A stretch of DNA of 64,000 bases. Origin: Squalus acanthias. Taxonomy: Eukaryota. The notes beneath the pieces were generated by a model that saw nothing but the letters and a program-made list of their open reading frames with translations, did no database searches and was not told the origin of the DNA. Positions 12,430-25,170 of the stretch are shown here, in pieces (positions within the stretch are counted from its first letter, which is position 1; every line of letters starts with the position of its first letter). The stretch lies in assembly GCA_030390025.1 (NCBI GenBank), contig CM059431.1:155870001-155934000 (forward strand). The letters are read 5' to 3'. The position numbers and the translations under genes were made by a program.

Positions 12430-13490
12430 AATCAACAACTCACGTTTAAATAGAGCCTTTAACGGTATAAAACGTCCCAGGGAGCGTCAAAGGTGTGGTA
12501 TCAGAATCATTGGACAGCGAGCAACAGTCGATGTAAGAACAGGTGACCAAAGTTTGGTCAAACGGGTAGCTCTTCAGGAGCGCCTCAAAGGAGGGGAGAA
12601 AGTTGGAGAGGTGGAGAAAGTTAGGGAAGGAATTCCAGAGTTTAGGCTCAGGGCAGAGAATGCAATGAACGCAAATGATGGGCGATGGATTTGTTGATGG
12701 ACAAGGAAATAGAATTGGAGGAAAGCGGAGATCTCGGAAGGTTTAGAGCTCGAGGAGGTTGCCGACAGGTGGAGGAGAAGGAACTGAAAAAGAGAAGGAT
12801 TTGAACACGAGGAGGATAATTTTAAATTAACGGAGCATCAGCCATTGCACGTTAAAATGTAAAGAAGTGAACGGGAATCTTGCGAATTAGGATACGGGCA
12901 TAAGAGTTTGTGATAAGCAGAAGTTTACGGAAGCTGGAAGGTGGGAGGCCGTTCAGGACAGCATTGTAATTGTCAAGTCTGCGGGTAGCAGGGATACGGG
13001 TTCAAGCAGCTGTCGGGCTGAGGCGGGTCGAAAAAGACATATTACTGAGGTGGAAGCAGGTGGTTTTGGTAATGGAATGATTATGGGGTCGTAAGTTCAT
13101 CTCAGGGTCTAACAGGACAGCGAGGTTGCGAACAGTCTGGTTCAGCCTGAGACATTGGCCAGGGACAGAGACCGAGTCGGTGGCTGGGAAAAGGATTTTG
13201 TTGCGGGAAACTAAGGCAAAGGCTTCTGTTTTCCAAACATTTCATTGGTGGACCTTTATGCTCATCCAATGCTCGAAGTTGGACAAGAAGTGCAACAAAG
13301 CAAAGAGAGAGGTCGAGTGGATGGTTGAAATGAATGCCGTCAGCATACATGTGGGAACTGACATAAAGCTTTTGGAAGATATTAGCAAGAGAACAGAGGC
13401 AAGAGCGGACCTGGTTGGGGACAGAGCAGATGCAGTGAAAAAAAGAGAGGAGGAGAGTGGGGGAGAGCAAAAAAAAACGAGCAGCGACAT
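12430..13490 (-). mobile_element. L2 LINE fragment (RT C-terminus to 3' end), cut at its 5' side by a CR1
   Basis: Minus-strand HMYADG (YADD-like) in ORF 13102..13470. L2 tail complement 'acaactcacgtttaaatagagcc' at ~12435. Confidence 0.8.
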
Positions 13491-16400
13491 CACAGGAATG
13501 CAGGTAGTTGATTGGTTGTTGAATATTACAGTCTGGTTTAGTCTCTCAGCTCGCTAAGAAACTGTAAATTGTTATAACTTTACTTTATTAAATTAGTAAC
13601 TAAACTAGCTAAACTAATTAAGTAATAAAACTGAAATAATTGATGAAAAAATAATTAATGAACTAATCCAATAAATAAAGGTTACATACATATGGTAGAG
13701 TAGGTGGTGTGACGTAACTGCAGCATGTATGAGTTTGTGGAGATCAGCGAGTTCCCAAGCAATCACGTCTGCGGTAAATGTCTGCAGCTCGAGGAACATC
13801 GGCTCAGATTTTTTGAGCTAGTGTACGAAGTGCAGACATTAGGATGCATCAGGGAGGGGAAGAATTATCTGGACACTTTCCTCCAGGAGGCAAACACACC
13901 CCTTCGGTTCAGTAGTACTTTAGAATTCGTCAATGGTCAGGGACAGGATGGTGTGACTGCGAGTCAGGAATGTATGGGGACCCAGGATATAGTGATGGAG
14001 ATTCTCGGCCCTTGACTTTGACCAAAAGGTATGAGATAGTTGCTACCTGTGGGAATGAGAACAAGGACTGCAGGGTGGATGAGCAAACTGACCATGGCAC
14101 CATAATGCAGGAGGCCATTCAAGTGGGGGCAGTGAAAAGGAATGTGGTAGCGGTAGGGGACAGTATACTCATAGGGATTGATACTGTCTTCTGCAGCCAC
14201 GACCGGGATTATTAAAGGTAGTGTTGCCTGCCCGGTGTCACGTTAAAGGACGTGTGCTCGTGGAAAGAAAAGAACCTGGAGTGGGAACGGGAGCATCCAG
14301 TTTTCATAGTTCGTGTAGAAACCAACTGAGAGGAGAGAGAGAGGGGCTGCTGAGAGAGCTTGAGAAGTTAGGTTCGAAATTAAAACGCTGAACCTCACAA
14401 TAATAATCTCAGGATTGTTACCCGAGCAACACGCAAATTGGCACAGCGGAAAACAGATTAGAAGATTAAATGAGTGGCTCAAAGTGTGATGTAGGAGGCA
14501 AGGGTTTCAATTCATGGGGCGCTGGCACCAGTATTGGGGAATGAGGGAGCTGTTCCGTGGGGGCGGTCTCCACTTAAAACGGCTGGGACCACTGTCCTGG
14601 TGAATCGTATAACGGGGGTGGTAGATAGGGCTTTAAATTAATGAAGGAGGTGGATGCGGGTTTGGGAGGATTCAGGAAAGTGTAAAATAAAATGCATTAA
14701 GAGAAATATCATAGCGGTAGAGCAGAGTAGTGATCTGAGTGAAGATAAGCAGTGTGGGTCAGGAAGGGACAAAACGATTAATAAAGGTCATAGGGAATTA
14801 GTGGCGAAATGACATCAGGGAAAATTGAAAACACGTTTAAGTTAAAGGTAGCACATCTGAATGCGGAAGCATTCGCAATACAATAGATGCATTCAAAATG
14901 CAGATCGAAATAAAGTGGTTTGATTTAATAGCCATTCCTGAGATATGGTTGCAGAGTGCCAAGTTTGGAACTAAATAATTGAATTTTAGAAGAGACAGGC
15001 AGAATGGAAAAGGAGGAAGGGTAGCCCTGATATTAAAGGAGGGATTAAAGGCAGGAAGGAAAAAGGATCTTGGCTAGGAAGAAACAAAATATAGAATCAG
15101 TTTGGGTGGAGCATAGAAAAAACAAGATGCAGAAAAAATAGTGGGAATAGTCAATAGCCACCTAACAGTGATTGTAGTGTCGGGCAGAATATAAATCAGG
15201 AAATTAGAGGTAAGTGTAACAAGGGCAATAAAGTAATCATTAGGGACATTAATTTTCATATAGATTGAGTAAACCAATTTAGCAAAAAAAGTGCAGAGGA
15301 AGAGTTCATGGAATGCATTCAAAATAGTTTATAGATGAGTATGTCAAGGAACCTAGGAGGGAATTGCATATTTTAGTTCTACTACTGTGCAATGTGACAA
15401 GGTTAATTAATAACCTTGTTTTAATGGAACCTCTGGGGAGCAGTGATTAAAATATGATAGAATTTTAGGTTCAGTTGAGAGTGATTACTTTATGTTGAGT
15501 TTGAGAGTGATTATTTAACAATATAGGTTCCCGAACCTGAACAAAGAATGCACAGAATGTACTCTGGGTGCGGGACTTCAATGTCCATCACCAAGAGTGG
15601 CTCGGTAGCACCACTACTGACTGAGCTGGCCGAGTCCTGAAAGGAATAACTGCCAGTCTGGGCCTGCGACAGGTGGTGAGAGAACCAACACGAGGGAAAA
15701 AGCTACTTGACCTCGTCCTCACCAGTCTACCTGTCGCAGATGCATCTGCCCATGACAGTATTGATAGCAGTGATCACCGCACAGACATTGTGGAGACGAA
15801 ATCCCGTCTTCACACTGAGGACACCCTCCATCGTGTTCTGTGGCACTACCACCGTGAAAATGGGATAGATTCAGAACAGATCTAGCAGCACAAATCTGGG
15901 CTTCCATGAGACGCTGTGGGCAATCAGCAGCAGCAGAATTGTGTTGCACCGTAATCTGTAACCTCATGGTCCGGCAGATCCCTCACTCTACCATTACTAT
16001 CAAGCCAGGGGACCAATCGTGGTTCAATAAGGAGTGTAGAAGAACACGCCTGGAGCAGCACCAGACGTAACTAAAAATGAGGTGCCAACCTGTGGAAGAT
16101 GCAACACAGGATTACATGCGTGCTAAAAAGCGGAACCAGCATGCTATAGACAGGGCTAAGTGATCCTACAATCAACGGATCAGATTAAAGCTCTGCCGTC
16201 CTGCCACCTCCAGTCGTGAATGGTGGTGAACCATTAAACAACTAACGGGAGGAAGAGGCTCCATGAATATCCCCATCCTCAATGATGGTGGAGCCCAGCA
16301 CGTGAGTGCAAAATGCAAGCTGAAGCGTTTGCAATCATCGTTATCCAAAATGCGGAGTGGATGATCCATATCGGCCTCCTCCCGAGGTCCCCACCACCAC

Positions 16401-19080
16401 AGAAGCCAGTCTTCAGCCAATTTGATTCTCTCCACGTGATATCAAAAAACGGCTCAGCGCATTGGATACAGCAAATGTTATTGGCCCTGACAACATCCCG
16501 GCTATCGTGCTGAAGACTTGCGCTCCAGAACGAGCCGCGCATGTAGCAGAGCTGTTCCAGTACAGCTACAACACTGGCGTCTATCCGACAATGTGGAAAA
16601 CTGGCCAAGTATGTCCTGTCCACACAAAGCAGGACAAATCCAATCCTGCAAATTACTGCCCGATCAGTCCACTCTTAATCATCAGCAAAGTGATGGAAGG
16701 TGTAATCGACATTGCTATCAAGCAGCACCTACTCACCTATAACCTGCTCACTGATGCCAAATTTGCGTTCTGCCAAGACCACTCTGCTGCCGACCTCATT
16801 ACAGTCTTGGTCCAAAAATGGACAAAGGAGCGGAATTCCAATTGTGAGGTGAGAGTGACTGCCCTTGACATAAAGGCATCATGTGACCGAGTGTGGCATG
16901 AAGGAGCAAGCTAAAACCGAAGTCAATGGGAATCAGGGGTAAACTCTCCACTGGCTGGAGTCATACCTAGGACAAAGGAAGATGGTTGTGGTAATTGAAG
17001 GTCAATCATCACAGCCCCAGGACATCGCTGCAGGAGTTCCTCAGGGCAGTGTCCTAGGCCCACCCATCTTCAGCTGCTTCACAATAGACCTTCCCTCCAA
17101 CATAAGATCAGAAATGGAGATGTTCGATGTTTACTTCACATTGTTCAGTGCCATTCGCAACTCCTCAGATAATGAAGCAGTCCATGCCCGCATGCAACAA
17201 GACCTGGACGACGTTCAAGATTGGGCTGATATGTGGCAGATAACATTCGCGCCACAGAAGTGCCAGGCAATGTCTATCTCCAACAAGCGAGAATCTAACC
17301 ACCGCCCGTTGACAATCAATGGAATTACCGTCGCCGAAACCCCCACCATCAGCATCCTGGGGGGTCACCATTGATCAGAAACTTAACTGCATCAGCCACA
17401 TAAATAAGGTGGCAAAAAGAGCAGGTCAGAGGCTGGGTATTCTGCGGCGAGTGTCTCACCTCCTGACTCCCCAAAGCCTTTCTACCATTTACAAGGCACA
17501 AGTAGGCTGTGTGATGGAATACTCTCCACTTGCCTGGATGAGTGCAGCTTTAACAACACTCAAGAAGCTTGACACCATTCAGGACAAAGCAGCCCGTTTG
17601 AATGGTACTCCATCTACCACGTTAAATATTCACTACCACCATCACCGGCGTACCGTGGTTGCAGTGTGTACCATCTACAAGATGCACTGCAGGAACTCGC
17701 AACGCTTCTTCGGCAGCACTTCCCAAACCCGCGAACTCTTCCACCTAGAAATCCAAGGGCAGCAGGCGCATGGGACCACGAGAACCTCCAAGTTCCCCTC
17801 CAAGTGACACACCATAATGACTAAGACGTGTATCGCCGATCCTTCATCGTCGCTGGCTCAAGTTCCTTGAACCCTCTACATAACAGCACTGTGGGAGTAC
17901 CGTCAGCACACGGGCTGCAGATTTTCAAGAATGCGGCTCAGCACCAGCTGCTGAAGGGCAATTAGGGATGGGCAATAAAAGCTGGCCTTGCCACCGACGT
18001 CCGCATCCCATAAACATATAAAAAAATTCGCAGTTATGAGAGGCGAGTTGGCTACGGTAGTTTGGGTAACTAGAATTAAAAAAATGAAATCAGGAAAGCA
18101 GCGGGAAATATTTAGAAAAAGGAATTCAGAATCCATAGTGAATTTATATTACTTAAGAAATTAAATCAACACGGGAAAAATGGTTCAACCTTGGCTAAAA
18201 AGAGAAATTTAAGATAGTATTAGATTAAAGGAAGAGGCTTATAATGTTGGAAAAAAGTGTTGTAAGCCTAATGATTGGGAGGGTTTAGAATTCAGCAAAG
18301 TAGGCACAACAAATTGCTAAAGAAAGTGAGAATAGAATATGTGAGTGAACTAGAAAGAGACATAACATACACTGTACAAGCTTCTATCAGTATGTGAAAA
18401 GGCAAAGATTAGCGAACGTAAACGTGGATCCCTTACAGGCTGAGACAGGAGAAATTATAAAGGGAAATAAGGTAATGGAAGGTAAATTCAACAAATACAT
18501 TGTGTTTGCCTGCATGGAAGAAGATGCAAAAAACCTCCTGGAATAGTGGAGAACCAAAAGTCTAGCGAAAATGAAGAACTGAATGAAATTAGTATCAGTT
18601 AAAAATAGTACTGGAGAAATTAATGGGACTGAAAGTTGATAAATCCCGTGGAACTAATGGGCACATCCTAGGGTTTTAAAAAGAGGTATCTGCGGAGAAA
18701 ATGCATGCATTGGTTGTCATCATCCAAAATTCACAAGTTTAGAAGGGTTCCCGTGGGTTGGAAGGTAGCAAGTGCAACCCCACTATTTAAGACAGGAGGG
18801 AATGAAAAAATGGAGAACTACAGTCCAGTTAGCCTGACATCAGTCACATGGAAAATGCTAGAATCTGTTATTAAGGACGTTTTAACAGGACACTTATAAA
18901 AATAATAATAGGATTGGGCAGAGTTAGCACGAATTTATGAAAGGGAAATCGTGTTTGAGAATCATGTTGGAGTTTTTTGAGGTGGTAATTAGCCGAATAA
19001 ATAAGGGGGAAGCAGTTGGTACTGTGTAGTTGGATTTTGGGAAGTCAATTCGTTAAGGTGTCAGACAAGAGGTAAGTAAA
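13490..19080 (+). mobile_element. Decayed near-full-length CR1 (5'UTR, ORF1 zinc-finger/SGNH esterase, ORF2), split by the LINE at 15549-18025
   Basis: ORF1 HVCGKCLQLEE and AVGDSILIG; endonuclease 14850-15540. ORF2 resumes after 18025 (NLNK|..MRGELA; WKVASATPLFK..NYSPVSLTS). Confidence 0.9.
15549..18025 (+). mobile_element. 5'-truncated copy of the tRNA-headed LINE family (endonuclease end, RT, 3' tail), nested in CR1
   Basis: ORFs 16462..16914 (GPDNIPAIVLKTCAPE..NYCPIS..ALDIKASCDRVWH), 16982..17374 (GVPQGSVLGP) and 17319..17807. Collinear with 47065-49475. Ends aagggcaattagggatgggcaataaaagctggccttgcc..catccca plus A-rich tail. Confidence 0.95.
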
Positions 19081-19084
19081 CTTT

Positions 19085-20480
19085 ATGGCTTTATGAAGGG
19101 GAAGTCATGTCTGACAAATTTGCTTGAGTTCTTTGAGGACATAACGTACAGGGTGGAAAAAGGGGAACCAGTGGACGTAGTGTATTTAGACTTCCAGAAG
19201 GCATTCGACAAGGTGCCACACAAACGATTATTGCTGAAGATAAAAAAAATCACTGGATTGGGGGTAACATTCTGGCATGGGTGGAGGATTGGTTATCTAA
19301 CAGGAAGCAGAGAGTTGGGATAAATGGTTCATTCTCGGACTGGCAACCAGTAGCCAGTGGTGTTCTGCAGGGATCGGTGCTGTGTCCCCAAATCTTTACA
19401 ATCTATATTAACGATTTGGAGGAGGGGACCGAGTGTAACATATCAAAGTTTGCAGATGATACAAAGATGGGAGGGAAAGTAGAAAGTGAGGAGGACATAA
19501 AAACCTACAAGGGGTATATAGACAGGCTGGGTGAGTGGGCGGAGATTTGGCAGATGCAATACAATATTGGAAAATGTGAGGTTATGTACTTTGGCAGGGA
19601 AAATCAGAGAGCAAGTTATTATCTTAATGGCGAGAAACTGGAAAGTACTGCAGTACAAAGGCATCTGGGGGTCCTAGTGCAAGAAAATCAAAAAGTTAGT
19701 ATGCAGGTGCAGCAGGTGATCAAGAAGTCCAACGTAATGTTGGCTTTTATTACTAGGGGGATAGATTATAAAAACAGGGAGGTATTGCTGCAGTTATATA
19801 AGGTATAGGTGAGACCGCACCTGGAATACTGCGTACAGTTTTGGTGTCCATACTTAAGAAAATACATACTTGCTCTCGAGGCAGTACAAAGAAGGTTCAC
19901 TCGGTTAATCCCGGGGATGAGGGGGTGGACATATGAGAGGAGGTTGAGTAGATTGGGACTCTACTCATTGGAGTTCAGAAGAATGAGAGGCGATCTTATT
20001 GAAACATATAAGATTGTGAACGGGCTTGATCGGGTGGATGCGGTAAGGATGTTCCCAAGGATGGGTGAAACTAGAACTAGGGGGTATAATCTTAGAATAA
20101 GGAGCTGCTCTTTCAAAACTGAGATGAGGAGAAACTTCTTCACTCAGAGGATAGTGGGTCTCTGTTATTTGCTGCCCCAGGAAGCTGTGGAAGCTACATC
20201 ATTAAATACATTTAAAACAGAAAAAGAAATTTTCCTAGAGGTAAAGGAATTAGGGGTTACGGTGAGCGGGCAGGAAATTGGACATGAGGCTGAGCTCGGA
20301 TCGGTCAGGTCACTGTGGGTGGCGGAGTGGGCCCAGGGGCTGAGTGGCCGGGTCCTGCTCCTACTTCTTGTGTTCTTTAGATTTGAGGTTAGGATCAGAT
20401 CAGCCATGATCTTATTGAATGGCGGAGCAGGCAGAGGGGCCGTTTGGCCTACTCCTCCTCCTATTTCTTATGTTCTTATA
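19085..20480 (+). mobile_element. Younger 5'-truncated CR1 (RT plus 3'UTR with duplicated terminal module)
   Basis: KGKSCLTNLLEFFE, VYLDFQKAFDKVPH, SKFADDTK and RPHLEYCVQFW. Two successive 3' stem-loop modules at ~20283-20378 and ~20385-20480. Confidence 0.95.
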
Positions 20481-20484
20481 TTCT

Positions 20485-20830
20485 TATTATCTCTCTACTC
20501 CCTCCTCTCTTCTCTCTCCTATCTCTCCCGTCTCTCTCCCCCCCTCTCTCTCTCCCACTTCCTCTTTCGCTCCCTCCTCTTGCTCCTCCTTATCTCTCTC
20601 TCCCGCTGTCTCTTCCTCTCCCACTACTGTCTCCCCCACCTCTCTCTCTCCCTCCTCTCTGTTCCCTTCGACACGACTCTACCTCTCTGATTCCCACACT
20701 CTCTCCCTTTCTCGGATTTCCTCTCTCTCTCTCCCCCCCCCCCCCCTTTGTTTTCGTCTCTCTCCCGCCCTTCCTATATCCTCTCTCTCTTGCCTTTTTA
20801 TCCTCTCTTCCCCCCCTCTTCCACCTTCGG
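20485..20830. repeat. CT-rich low-complexity/microsatellite tract
   Basis: Almost pure pyrimidine on the + strand; it explains the Leu/Ser/Pro ORFs in the track. Confidence 0.95.
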
Positions 20831-20949
20831 ATGCAGTGACGTTCTAAGACGGAGCTAATAACTGTGGCGGACTGACGGCCGCCAATTCTAGGTATTGTGC
20901 ATGCGTGGGTCCGGGATACTGCGCGCATATACAGAACAGATGCCCGTGC

Positions 20950-21352
20950 AGATAATCATTCCGATTTCAAAAGCCTCATTCTCGTGCTTTAAGCGCCCCA
21001 TATCTTTGACACTCACTTTCTCTATAAACGTCTGCAAGGCTACAATCATCCGAGAAATCTACCTTTCTGAATCACTGAACTCTTGTGCATTCCCCTTCCT
21101 TGGCATCGCCATTGGCTGTCGTGCATTCAGAGTCTGGTCTATAAACTCTGGAATTACCTACCTAAACTTCCCCGCCTCTGTGACAATATCTACTCCTTTC
21201 AGACTCTGATTCAAACCTAGCTCTTTGGCCAATCGATTGATCGCCTGTCCTAATGCTTTTTGGCTCGGTGTCAATATGTTTGTGGATTACATTCCTGTGT
21301 AGCGTCTTGGGACGTTCAAGGCGTTATATAAATGAAAGTTGTTGTTGTTGTT
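20950..21352 (+). mobile_element. Old L2 3' end
   Basis: ctctggaatt.. motif and tail ggcgttatataaatgaaa(gtt)n, as at 8140-8170. Confidence 0.75.
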
Positions 21353-21481
21353 CGGTAACGAATTGATTTCAGTGGATCACAACATCCCGGAACTAATTTA
21401 CAATGACGCTTAGATTTTGAATTTTGCTTCACGTTTCACTTTGAAATCGTGAAATGACGCAATTCTTGGTATCTAATGTAC

Positions 21482-21648
21482 CTGATATTCACGGTCATCA
21501 ATTATGCGTGCAATCAGTAACTCCTTGCCAAAACTTTCAACACAATCTTTAATTGCGTCTTCCAATCCCCGTTGGTAGAAATGTATGATTCCACGGAGTT
21601 GTAAGTCACTCAAACGTTCCAGTAATGCCTTGAATTTAGCCCCGGCGT
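21482..21648 (-). CDS. Coding exon (167 nt, phase 1-0): first half of a CARD-like domain of a probable NLR-family gene
   Basis: Strong acceptor tgctcctttctcgttcctccatcgactttAG| (21650-21649) and donor CAG|GTACAT (21481). Peptide (D)AGAKFKALLERLSDLQLRGIIHFYQRGLEDAIKDCVESFGKELLIARIIDDREYQ. The spliced IIDDREYQHVR resembles the CARD helix-3 motif (compare ASC VLTDEQYQAVR). Confidence 0.8.
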
Positions 21649-22439
21649 CTAAAGTCGATGGAGGAACGAGAAAGGAGCACATCGCTTAAAATAATGCCAT
21701 ATCAATTATTCCTGCAGTTCCGTAATTGGGTAAAATTTCAGAGATTAATTTTTAATTCCTGGGTTACTCTGTGGTGGTGAACTTTCTCAGTTTTGAAACC
21801 CAGGCCAACACCTAAGGAAGATATTTGAAAAAGTTGAAGATCAGAGAAACTAATTCATGTCTACCCATGCCACCACCAACCCCCCCACCAAAAAAAAAAC
21901 TCGTTCACTATCTGGCTGCGTTAGGAATATTAAACAGAAATACTCAGAATCGATATGATCACGTATATATCAATACATTTCATTGGTAACAACATGGTGA
22001 GTATGAAAGAATTCAGGAGTGTAGGAGTTGGATGGATTGCCCTGTACAGATTCTGAGATATATTATCCAGAATGTCGCAATTCTCGTGATCAGTTCTTTT
22101 GTCTATAAGTAAAATATTTACCGAAATTTTAGTGATCGTTTCGGCAAGGGACCAGTGTGGTCTGCACAGCATGGTCTTAAAACGTGTGCACTTAAACAGA
22201 GTGTGAAATTTGGGAATTTGTAGAATGTAGAAGTCTATAGTAAGTACTGGGTGATTGCTAGCTTTAAAAAAAATGAAATTACTTGAACATTTTAAATTTA
22301 ACGTGCAACTTTATAAACTGCAAAATAAGCTGCAGTCAAAAGAAACTACTTGTCAGTGGCACTTAAAAGTCAATAAGCAACAAGTATTTTTTTCTGAACA
22401 GTTGCTAATTATTCTGAGCAGGAAGCTGTGTCAGCACAT

Positions 22440-23348
22440 GTAACTTGGGTGTGGCTCCAAATAGTATAAAAGTAACCAGTATCTCTTGACGCACAGAGTG
22501 GACTGCGCAACGTTGGCTGAAACAGAGTACACTTAAATAGAGTTAGTGTTGGGAATTTGGACAGATTGGAAATGCGGAGCAGAAGTGGAAGCAGTGGCTC
22601 CTTCTTGTCTTCAATAATTGTACTGGTTTGCGCTACAGGAAAATATTTAATTTCATCTAGATGTAAGTTAAACTAGATATATCAATTAGTTAATAAATAA
22701 ACTAAGTGAATGAAATATATACATTTTAATTCATCAAATAAATAAAAAAATGTTATATGTGGATGGCAGTGCAGGTGGTGTGCCGCACCTGCAGCATATG
22801 GGAGTTTGTGGCGACCATCGTGATCTGGGACGACCACGTCTGTAGAAAGAATGCATCTCCAGGAAATTCAGCTTAGTGTTGTTGAGCTGGACTCCGAGGT
22901 GCAGATATTATGGGGCATCAGAGAGGGGGAGAGTTACATGGACACTTTGACCCAGGATCAATCACACCCCTAACATTAGGTAGTGGTACAGATCTGATTA
23001 GAGAGCCGGGAAAGGAGTTGTATGACTGTGACTCAAGCAGGTAAGGGGTCGTCAGATGTAATGTTGGAGGAGCCTCGGCGTTTGGAACATGTACGAGATT
23101 CTTGCTGCCTGTCTGCATGAGGACAATGTCTGCAGGGTGGATCAGTAAACTGATCATAGCTCAGGAGGTCAGTCAAGTGGTGAGAGTGAAAAGGAATGTT
23201 TTACTGGCAGGGGACAGTATGGTCAGGAGGATAGATACTGTTCTCTCCAGCCGCAACTGGGAGTATTGAGCTGTGTTGACTGCCTGGTTTGAGGGTGAAG
23301 GGAGTGAAGGGTATGGGAATGGGAAGGCAAAGAAATAGTTGTCGTGGT
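22440..23348 (+). mobile_element. CR1 5'UTR plus ORF1 fragment, abutting the pseudo-exon
   Basis: C..C.M/IWE...HVC zinc-finger-like codons (tgccgcacctgcagcatatgggag) and 'gcaggggacagtatggtcagg' (GDS). Homologous to 13690-14330 and 52050-53020. Confidence 0.8.
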
Positions 23349-23759
23349 CTCGTTAGGATATTTCTGTCTCGTTGCAGGCAGGACTGCTTTTTGTAGATGT
23401 TTTGGTGTGAGATTTGGTCTCGCTGGAAACTCTTTGTTCTATTTCTTTCTTAATAACTTTCTCCTTGCCACAAGATGTTGCGGTGCTCCTGTTAGTTCCT
23501 GTAACGCTATGATGCATGCTGTAGTTTTCTTTCGGACTCTAATTGTTCGTGAAAACAACGCAAAAATGTCTACCTTTGCCTTCTAGTGTGTTATGCTTTC
23601 GGTCACCTGATGCTTTCCGCCGAGGTTCACTGATATCGGACATAGTTAAATCGCCCAGTTCATTCCAACTACGAGAGCGCCAGTTCCCTGCTTTGAGCTT
23701 TGTTCATTTCCGGGATCCGACTTTCGGATTCCCAGCAGTGAAGTCAACACAAGATGAAG
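23349..23759 (-). pseudogene. Degenerate paralogue of the 552-nt linker exon (pseudo-exon)
   Basis: SSCVDFTAGNPK..VFTNN*SPKE..KKEIEQRVSSETKSHTKTS aligns by eye with SPCGDIIAENPK..LFTKNVSHKE..KKLEQSAPTGTESHTNTS. Stops at 23706-23704 and 23541-23539; the acceptor AG is changed to AA. Confidence 0.7.
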
Positions 23760-24099
23760 TTTATTTCTCTAAACGAAAGATGCAGATACTCAACATCAAT
23801 ATTGGTAGATCTGATGTTACTGAATTTTACCAGTAAGAGATTTACAGTTTAAGAGATTTACACGTTCCATATTTTACTATCCTTATTATGATACGGTATT
23901 GACAGCGCTCACAAAGTTTATCCTCAAAAACAATCATAAATAATAATTCGTCAAACTATTTTGACATATAAATCATTTTGAATGCAAAAAGCGGGTAGAA
24001 ATCGAAGGCCACTGATCGTTTGTATAATATATTTCGTTATGTAATTGTTTAAATCGCACGTTATTTTCTCCAATATCCCTGAACGTATTATCTCCTCAC

Positions 24100-25170
24100 A
24101 GATCTCTACCCACCTTTACTTAAACATTTTGCTGATCCTTTCAATCAAGTTTCTGCCCCTCCAATAGCCCTAAAACGGTTCAAACCGCAACCCACCTTCC
24201 GTTCAAATAGTAATTAATGCCTTTGTCACGTCCAGAGATCATTACTACAATGCTACAGTCACCACCATTAACCTGCAGAAAAGTTAATTCATCCAAAACT
24301 CTACTGCTCGTATCTTAACACAACCAAGCTCTCGATTGCCCAATACCGAGTCTTCATTAACCTACACTGGCTCCGAGTCTTCCAGTATCTCAAGATCAAA
24401 TGTATCTTCCTTGTGTTTAAATGCGTCCATAACATAAGAACATAAGAACATAAGAAATAGGAGCAGGAGTAGACCAATCGGCCCCTCGAGCCTGCTCCGA
24501 CATTCAATGAGATCATGGCTGATCTGATCCAACCTCAACTCTAAAGAACACAAGAAGCAGGAGCAGGACCAGGCCACTCGGCCCCTGGGCCCGCTCCGCC
24601 ACCCACAGGGCCTTGACTGATCCGAACTCAAACTCATGTCCAATTTCCAGCCCGCTCCCCGTAACCCCTGATTCCATTTACTTCTTGGAAACGGTCTATT
24701 TCTGTTTTAAATTTATTTAATGAAGTAGCTTCCACAGCTTACTTGGGTAGCAAATTCCACAGACCCACTCCCCACCACCAATCGCTATCTCTGCAATAAA
24801 CTGTAACACAATTTACCCCATAATACTCTCCATTCCGCTGAATCAGCCCTCATGTAAACACTCAGTTCCATCGCCCCACCATGCATTGTTTAATTATTTA
24901 AACCGCGTTCTATTCTCTTCATGATCCTAGAAACTGGCTGTGTCTTGAGCTGCGTAGGTGACCCTCTCTGGAATCGTTTCCCCTACTACACCTCCCTATT
25001 CTCCTTTCTGTCATTTCTTAAATCCACCTCTTTGGTCAATCTTTTGGCCACCCGCAGAAATAGCTCCTTTAACTTGGCATTCTAATTTACCGATCATTCC
25101 GTCAAATGCCGTCAACATTTTTCTGTGTTAAAAGATCTATGTCGATATATGATTGCACTATGTTGTTCAT
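24100..25170 (+). mobile_element. Old L2 fragment interrupted by a minus-strand CR1 3' end (24428-24770)
   Basis: L2: 'gcctttgtcacgtccagagatcattactacaatgc' (AFVTSR.DY.N) and ctacactggctcc (LHWL). CR1 insert: (cataagaa)n plus double 3' module, reverse complement of ~20150-20480. Confidence 0.85.

Noticed and set aside
20419..20928. Leu/Ser/Pro-rich and Arg/Gly/Glu-rich ORFs
   Set aside because: Translations of a CT microsatellite tract; the tail of ORF 19809..20690 is read-through into it.
21930..22172. 80-aa minus-strand ORF near the CARD exon
   Set aside because: No convincing splice sites or recognisable motif.
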